NCBI GenBank assembly: GCA_030692925.1
Contig: JAUYBY010000078.1
Location: 1 to 63,202, forward strand
Reading direction: 5' to 3'
Length of the DNA: 63,202 bases
DNA from: Candidatus Zixiibacteriota bacterium
GTDB lineage: Bacteria; Zixibacteria; MSB-5A5; RBG-16-43-9
Made by a program: the position numbers and the translations under genes. The notes under the pieces are model-generated. The model saw only the letters and a list, made by a program, of their open reading frames with translations. It did not search any database and had not been told where the DNA came from. Position 1 is the stretch's first letter; each line of letters starts with the position of its first letter. Below, one piece after another: positions 57,207 to 63,202 of this stretch.

Positions 57207-58664
57207 CTAAAAAATTGAATTATAAGCTAAATTTAACAGTTCCTGTGGTAAAATCCCCAAAGCTAAAATCCCTATCCCTGTTAATAATATAACTAACCCT
57301 AAGGAAAATGGTATGGAAACCGGTTTGACCTCTTCTGCTGAAGGTCGCATAAACATATAGACAATTACTCTCAGATAATAATACACTGAGATCAAACTGT
57401 TAATCACCGCAATTATCACCAAACCCAAATATCCAGACTTTATTGCGGAGCTGAAGATATAGAATTTGGCAAAAAAACCAGCAGTAGGCGGAAAACCTGC
57501 TAAGGAGAGCATAAAGATAGCCATAAACACACCTAAGAACGGATTTTTCAAACCTGCACCAGCATATTCCTTGTAAAGGTCTGTCCCCTCTTTTTCCTTT
57601 GACCCCATTGAGATGATGACCGCAAAGGCACCCAAGTTCATCAGGATATATGCGGATAAGTAGAACAAAACGCCGGATATGGCTGAATTACTGCCTGATA
57701 CGAAAGCGATCAGAATGTATCCGCCATGAGCGATTGAAGAATAAGCTAAGAGTCTTTTCAGATTAGTCTGCCATAAGGCTAAAAGATTCCCGGTGGTCAT
57801 CGAGAGAACCGCTAAAATCCAGAAGATCAAAGTCCAGTCAGGTTTAATCGAGGAAAAAGCTAAGAGAAAAATCCTTAAAAGCGCAGCAAATCCAGCCGCC
57901 TTTGGTCCCGCGGAGATGAAACCTGCAATCGGCGTAGGAGCGCCCTCGAAAACGTCCGGCATCCACATATGAAAAGGAACCGAGGCGATCTTGAAACCGA
58001 AGCCGACGATTAAAAACCCAATCCCGGCATAAAGCAGAAACTCGCTTGCGCCTGCAAAAACGCCACTGAAAGGAGCCAAGAACAATATCTTCTCTAAATT
58101 AGTCGTGCCGAAATTCCCGTAAATCAAGGCAATGCCGAAGATCAGGAAACTGGTGGCAAAAGAGCCCATCAGGAAAAACTTCATCGAGGCTTCGTTCGAC
58201 TTCGGATCTTTCTTCCTGAAACCGGACAGGATGTATAGAGAAACAGAGACTATCTCCAGCCCTAAGAAGATGACTATCAGGTCGAAACTGGAAGCCATCA
58301 GCATCATACCCAGAGTGGCGAAAAGCAGCAGGGCATAATAATCCCCCCGCACCTGCTCTTCTCTTTTGAGGAAGCTTATAGATAGAAGCACCACTAAAAA
58401 AGAGCTGATCAGGAAAATGAAGGAGAAAAACAAAGCGAAATTGTCAGCCAGCGCCATGCCATTGAATCCGGAAAAGCCCGAGCCGAAAAGGTTCACCGAG
58501 AAAAAGAAAGAAAGGGCAATGCCTATCCAGGCAAGATGCGGTAAAATCCCTTTCTTGTCCTTTGGCAGAAAAGCTTCCAGAAGTAAAAGTACAAATCCGA
58601 AAACCGCCAGAATGATTTGTGGAGTTATCACCTGCCAGTTAATATCAATTAAACTTAAATCCAT
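57207..58664 (-). CDS. nuoN: NADH-quinone oxidoreductase subunit N
   Basis: EASMKFF, FKIASVPFHMW.PDV.EGAP, KRLLAYSSIAH, SLAGFPP.AGF..K, YYYLR. Confidence 0.95.
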   Translation of the reverse strand: MDLSLIDINWQVITPQIILAVFGFVLLLLEAFLPKDKKGILPHLAWIGIALSFFFSVNLFGSGFSGFNGMALADNFALFFSFIFLISSFLVVLLSISFLKREEQVRGDYYALLLFATLGMMLMASSFDLIVIFLGLEIVSVSLYILSGFRKKDPKSNEASMKFFLMGSFATSFLIFGIALIYGNFGTTNLEKILFLAPFSGVFAGASEFLLYAGIGFLIVGFGFKIASVPFHMWMPDVFEGAPTPIAGFISAGPKAAGFAALLRIFLLAFSSIKPDWTLIFWILAVLSMTTGNLLALWQTNLKRLLAYSSIAHGGYILIAFVSGSNSAISGVLFYLSAYILMNLGAFAVIISMGSKEKEGTDLYKEYAGAGLKNPFLGVFMAIFMLSLAGFPPTAGFFAKFYIFSSAIKSGYLGLVIIAVINSLISVYYYLRVIVYMFMRPSAEEVKPVSIPFSLGLVILLTGIGILALGILPQELLNLAYNSIF

Positions 58665-58838
58665 ATTATCCTTTTTTATATTCCCCTCCCTTGATGGGAG
58701 GGGTAAGGGGGCGTAGCCTCCCTAACCCTCTCCCACAAGCCGTTAAAAGCCTTACGGTCCTACGGAGGCTTCGCTCCTCGTAGAGGGGAGAGGGAATTCG
58801 TCTAACGTCTCCCTTCTCCCGTCTTACTTGCCTTATTT

Positions 58839-58985
58839 TGCTCCTTGTTGGTCTCCTGACCAACGAGGCTCCGCTGGTGGGGACACCAACGGAGAGCACA
58901 ATAGGTTTTTGTAGCGGAGGTCTTCAGACCTCCATCTTTTTTTATGGAAGGCTAAAGTCTCAAGACCTTGACGGCCTTCCGCTAC
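58839..58985. repeat. GTTGG-type REP doublet followed by a GTAGCGGAGG...CCTTCCGCTAC doublet with a 17-nt insert
   Basis: A at 58847, B at 58873; GTAG doublet 58911-58985. Confidence 0.82.
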
Positions 58986-58995
58986 ATTTAAGTCT

Positions 58996-59012
58996 CCCAA
59001 CCACCGGCTGGG
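58996..59012 (-). other. putative bacterial SECIS hairpin
   Basis: CCCAGCC-GGU-GGUUGGG stem-loop beginning 11 nt after the in-frame UGA at 59026-59024. Confidence 0.7.
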
Positions 59013-59014
59013 CA

Positions 59015-59230
59015 TTAAAATCCTCACGTTCCTCCAAACCCGACTGTTACCTTTCCATCTTCCACCATCACCGGAACCGCTTTTTTCCCTGCCAGCTTAA
59101 TGAGCTCTTCCTGAAACTCCGGGTTTTTCACCACGTCGATTTCTTTATATTTTGTCCCCTGCCTGTCCAGATGCCTCTTCAAAGCCGCTGAGTAAGGGCA
59201 TCCTTCTTTAATATATATGCTAACCGCCAT
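59015..59230 (-). CDS. glutaredoxin-like selenoprotein (UXX-star type), ending GFGGT-U-G-F-stop
   Basis: AGGAGGAGG RBS and ATG at 59230; CPYS, VPV, GF glutaredoxin motifs; TGA GGA TTT TAA at the 3' end. Confidence 0.8.
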
Positions 59231-59303
59231 ACCTCCTCCTTTTCCTATCACCTATTACCTATTACCTATCTCCTACTACCTATGACCTATTACCTACCAC
59301 CTA

Positions 59304-60908
59304 TCACCTTAAGTTTAAAACCGACTCCTCTGTGCATCTTCTCAGCTCAAATTTAACATATCCTGCTGGCTCATCTTTCGCTTCGCATATCTCATCGAAC
59401 TTTTTCTCACAGGAAGACATCTGTTCAGATTTATAATTCACATATTCCAGCATATTCTTCACCGCAGGCTCTATCTTTGACAAAAACGACTGTGGATAGA
59501 TCCCGATCCAGAAAATCAAAAGAACTATCGGGATTAAAGTTATCTTCTCCCGGAGATTCAAATCCAGAAGGTTTTTGTTCTCCTCCTTTTTTATCTCCTG
59601 GAAAAGAACTCTCTGGATCATCCAGAGCATATAGACCGCGGCTAAGATGATTCCAACAGCTCCCAGTACTGCATACACTGTTTTTGATTTAAAAGCTCCT
59701 AAGAGGATTAAGAATTCTCCCACGAAACCGTTTGTCCCTGGCAGCCCGATAGAGGACAAGGTGACGATGATTAAAAATGTCGCAAAAACCGGAACAACTC
59801 TGGCAATCCCTCCATACTCCTCTATCAGACGGGTATGTCTCCTCTCGTAGATCATCCCCACGATTAAAAACAAAGCGCCTGTGGAGATGCCGTGATTGAT
59901 CATCTGCAGAATACCGCCTGAGATCCCCTGCATATTCAGGGCAAAAAGACCTAACATCACAAAACCCAAATGGCTCACGCTGGAAAAGGCCACCAGGCTT
60001 TTTATGTCTTTCTGCATGGTGGAGACTAAAGCCCCGTAGATTATTCCGATTATCGCTAAGATGGAGAAAAGCGGGACGAAATTCATAAAAGCATTCGGGA
60101 ACAAGGGCAGACAGAATCTTAAGAAACCGTAAGTCCCCATTTTCAGCAAAACCCCGGCTAAAAGTACGCTTCCTGCGGTTGGTGCCTCCACGTGAGCGTC
60201 CGGAAGCCAGGTATGAAAAGGAAACATCGGAACCTTGATGGCGAAAGCTAAGGCAAAGGCTAAGAATAACCAGAACTGTGCCCCAAAGGGAATCGGAAGC
60301 TGGAGAATTTTCAGCAGGTCAAAGCTGTATTCTCCGGTGTAGTTATAATTCATAAAATAGAGGACTAAAATAGCCACTAACATAAAAATGCTACCTAACA
60401 TAGTGAAAAGGATAAATTTGATGGTAGCATAAATCTTACGAGGACCACCCCAGATTCCAATCAGGAAATACATCGGGATAAGCATCCCTTCCCAGAAAAC
60501 ATAGAACAAAAACAGGTCCAAACTGACAAAAACGCCGATCATCCCGGCTTCTAAGAAAAGCATAGTGACCATATACCCCTTTACCTTTTCCTGAATTGCA
60601 CTCCAGGATGAAAGTATAGCCAGAGATGAAAGGAAAGTGGTCAACAATACCAGAAACAAACTTATGCCGTCAATACCCAGATGATAATTTATCCCCAGAC
60701 TTTGGACCCAAGATTGGTTGACCTCAAACTGAAACCCGTTCTCCGGGACGAAATTAAAATAAAGGTAAAGGGACAGGATAAAATTTATTAAAGCTATAAC
60801 AAAGGCAAAAGATTTTATTAGCCCACCTTTCTCTTTATTTACCAGCAAAAGCAAGAGCGCGCCAGCTATCGGAACAAAAACCAGCAATGTTAAGATATAC
60901 TCTGACAT
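59304..60908 (-). CDS. nuoM: NADH-quinone oxidoreductase subunit M
   Basis: [58 protein letters not shown]. Confidence 0.96.
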   Translation of the reverse strand: MSEYILTLLVFVPIAGALLLLLVNKEKGGLIKSFAFVIALINFILSLYLYFNFVPENGFQFEVNQSWVQSLGINYHLGIDGISLFLVLLTTFLSSLAILSSWSAIQEKVKGYMVTMLFLEAGMIGVFVSLDLFLFYVFWEGMLIPMYFLIGIWGGPRKIYATIKFILFTMLGSIFMLVAILVLYFMNYNYTGEYSFDLLKILQLPIPFGAQFWLFLAFALAFAIKVPMFPFHTWLPDAHVEAPTAGSVLLAGVLLKMGTYGFLRFCLPLFPNAFMNFVPLFSILAIIGIIYGALVSTMQKDIKSLVAFSSVSHLGFVMLGLFALNMQGISGGILQMINHGISTGALFLIVGMIYERRHTRLIEEYGGIARVVPVFATFLIIVTLSSIGLPGTNGFVGEFLILLGAFKSKTVYAVLGAVGIILAAVYMLWMIQRVLFQEIKKEENKNLLDLNLREKITLIPIVLLIFWIGIYPQSFLSKIEPAVKNMLEYVNYKSEQMSSCEKKFDEICEAKDEPAGYVKFELRRCTEESVLNLR

Positions 60909-60926
60909 ATTCCTCTTAATTTTAAT

Positions 60927-61067
60927 GTAGCGGAGGTCTTCAGACCTCCATTCATTTGTCGTATTGCTTTTCGTAGCGCGACCCTTTCAGGGTCGCATTG
61001 CGAGGCTGAAAGCCTCGCGCTACTTCAGACCTCCATGTTTTTATGGAAGGCTGAAGCCTTCCGCTAC
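60927..61067. repeat. nested REP doublets with a 14-bp direct repeat
   Basis: GTAGCGGAGG doublet enclosing a GTAGCGCGACCC doublet; CTTCAGACCTCCAT at 60938-60951 and 61023-61036. Confidence 0.8.
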
Positions 61068-61075
61068 TTTTATAA

Positions 61076-62983
61076 TCACCTCAATATGAAATAAGCCAGA
61101 ATCAGGAGCACGCCGAAAACCATCCCTAAGGCATAGTTGCGCACGTACCCGGTCTGGACTTTTCTGCCGATGCCTGCAAACCAGTTAACTGTATTGGCTA
61201 ACCCATTGGCGATTCCATCGATTACTTTCACGTCAAAGAATTGCCAGAGGAAAGTAGCAAACTTGAGCAACGGGTTGACAACTATCTTGAAGTAAAGCTC
61301 ATCCACATAATATTTGTTCAAAAGAAGTTTATAAGGAAAACTGAATCTCTGTGCTAAGCTCTTCGGAAGGTCTGGACTCTTGATATAAAATCTGTAAGCA
61401 AAGAAAATACCCAGTAAAGCTACGACCACCGAAAGTGCCATCAGAAGATATTCAGTAGAAGCTGGATGTAAAGCTATCTCTCCTTTCTCACCAAACACCG
61501 GACTCAAAAAGCTTTCGAAGTTATTCCCGCCTCCAAGCGATTTTGGAACTCCAATGTATCCTCCGATAACTGAGAGGACTGCCAGGACCATCAGAGGAAC
61601 AATCATTATCTTTGGGGACTCGTGGATATGAGATTTTATCGATTCATCCACTCTTGACTTTCCAAAGAAGGTCAAAAAGAAGAGCCTGAACATATAGAAA
61701 GCGGTCATTCCTGCAGTGACCAATCCGATAATCCACAAGATTAAATTACCCTGAGAAAATGCTTTCCACAGAATCTCATCCTTGCTGAAGAAACCGGAGA
61801 ATAAAGGTATCCCGGAGATGGCTAAGACTGCGGCAAACATCGTCCAGAACGTAACCGGCAGTTTGTTCTTCAGCTCTCCCATCTTCTGCATATTCAGCTC
61901 GCCTGATAGAGCATGCATCACGCAGCCTGCACCTAAGAAGAGCAAAGCCTTGAAAAAAGCATGAGTCATCAGGTGAAATATCCCTGAGGCAAATGCACCT
62001 ACTCCACAACCCAGGAACATATAACCAAGCTGGCTGATAGTTGAATAAGCCAGAACCCTTTTTATGTCGTTTTGAACCATACCGATTGAAGCGGTGTAAA
62101 GTGCGGTAACAGCCCCGATGACTGCAACCAGACCCATAGTGAAAGGAGCAAGCTGGAAAAGAACGTGACACCTGGCTACCATATAGACACCAGCAGTCAC
62201 CATTGTCGCCGCATGGATTAAAGCAGAAACCGGAGTTGGTCCTTCCATTGCATCCGGCAGCCAGACATAGAGCGGAATCTGGGCAGACTTCCCCACTGCT
62301 CCCGCAAATAGAAGCAGGGTGATTGCAGTTGCCAGCCCGCCACCCAAGGTGAGAATAGAAGGAGCCTGTAAGAACACGTCTGAATAGTTGAGCGTACCGA
62401 AGGTCCAGAAGATGAGCATAATTCCTAAGGCAAATCCAAAATCTCCAATCCGGTTGACGATGAAAGCCTTTTTAGCCGCATCTGAGGCAGACTTCTTTTC
62501 ATACCAGAAGCCTATCAGAAGGTAAGAGCATAAACCCACGCCTTCCCAGCCCAAATAAAGTAAAAGGAAGTTGTTGGACAAAACCAGGGTCAGCATAAAG
62601 AAGACGAAAAGGTTCATAAAGGAGAAAAATCTGGCAAAACCCTTGTCCTCACCCATATAACCGATGGAATAGACGTGAATGAAAAAACCGACTCCGGAAA
62701 CCACTAAAATCATCACACAGGATAAGGGGTCCAAAAGAAAAGAGACATTGACCTTGAAAAGCCCGGAATAAATCCAGGGGAATACCACTCTCTCGATAAT
62801 CCTATGCTCTGCAGGGAGAGACAGAAGCTCAAAGAGAATTTTAACGGAGATAAGGAAGGAAACCCCGATTGTGCCACAACCGATCAAGGAAACCAGGGTC
62901 TTCCCCAATCTTCTCCCCAAAATCCCGTTGATGACAAACCCTATTAAGGGAAGCAGAGGTATTAACCACACATATTCGATCAT
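61076..62983 (-). CDS. nuoL: NADH-quinone oxidoreductase subunit L
   Basis: GWEGVGLCSYLLIGFW, KSAQ.PL.VWLPDAMEGPTPVSALIHAATMVTAGVY, HLMTHAFFKALLF, GFFSKD. Confidence 0.97.
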   Translation of the reverse strand: MIEYVWLIPLLPLIGFVINGILGRRLGKTLVSLIGCGTIGVSFLISVKILFELLSLPAEHRIIERVVFPWIYSGLFKVNVSFLLDPLSCVMILVVSGVGFFIHVYSIGYMGEDKGFARFFSFMNLFVFFMLTLVLSNNFLLLYLGWEGVGLCSYLLIGFWYEKKSASDAAKKAFIVNRIGDFGFALGIMLIFWTFGTLNYSDVFLQAPSILTLGGGLATAITLLLFAGAVGKSAQIPLYVWLPDAMEGPTPVSALIHAATMVTAGVYMVARCHVLFQLAPFTMGLVAVIGAVTALYTASIGMVQNDIKRVLAYSTISQLGYMFLGCGVGAFASGIFHLMTHAFFKALLFLGAGCVMHALSGELNMQKMGELKNKLPVTFWTMFAAVLAISGIPLFSGFFSKDEILWKAFSQGNLILWIIGLVTAGMTAFYMFRLFFLTFFGKSRVDESIKSHIHESPKIMIVPLMVLAVLSVIGGYIGVPKSLGGGNNFESFLSPVFGEKGEIALHPASTEYLLMALSVVVALLGIFFAYRFYIKSPDLPKSLAQRFSFPYKLLLNKYYVDELYFKIVVNPLLKFATFLWQFFDVKVIDGIANGLANTVNWFAGIGRKVQTGYVRNYALGMVFGVLLILAYFILR

Positions 62984-63077
62984 ATTTTATCTTCTTCGTA
63001 GGGCATCCGCCTCTGGCGGATCAGGTTGCCTTTTCTTTCGTAGCGCGACCCTTTAAGGTCGCCAGTTTGCTTTTGGT

Positions 63078-63165
63078 GTCATTGCGAGGAGTCCATTTGG
63101 ACGACGAAGCAATCCCTTCATTCTCAAGGAGACAGATTGCTTCGCCCAACTGGGCTCGCAATGAC
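63078..63165. repeat. GTCATTGCGAG...CTCGCAATGAC long inverted-repeat element
   Basis: terminal inverted repeats with internal CGAAGCAATC/GATTGCTTCG pairing. Confidence 0.8.
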
Positions 63166-63202
63166 CCTTTAATTCCTTCCTGCCAGGCTGAAGCCTTGCT
63201 CT

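Overview
A mostly housekeeping and metabolic chromosomal segment from a diderm bacterium, most likely an anaerobic FCB-group lineage such as candidate Zixibacteria (inferred from gene content and style, not verified). It encodes envelope genes (Omp85-peptidase fusion, murA, lpxH, FadL-like and YjbH-like barrels) and the operon HNH-trpS-scpA-scpB-cmk-plsC-ispH-rpsA. It also carries fermentation and redox genes (hbd, ackA, nfnAB, malic enzyme, porCDAB, trxB, lipA, nuoL/M/N) and several peptidases (M16 pair, M1, M17). The intergenic DNA is crowded with palindromic repeats. The main highlight is a REP-associated tyrosine transposase (41540-42085) flanked by alternating inverted copies of a non-GTAG REP, YGCT-N4-GTTGGT[C/G]TCCT[G/C]ACCAAC-N4', whose N4 tetramer varies between copies but mostly stays base-paired; about 23 copies occur in the window. 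Other highlights are a U-G-F-stop glutaredoxin-like selenoprotein with a SECIS-like hairpin inside the nuo cluster, and an aconitase-family LeuC fused to a tandem HTH-like domain. There is also an orphan immunity-like gene preceded by a probable toxin remnant, a CTG-initiated nfnA, CRP/Rex-like boxes near position -61, nested REP-in-REP insertions and a hairpin covering a start codon. No rRNA, tRNA or CRISPR array was recognised.
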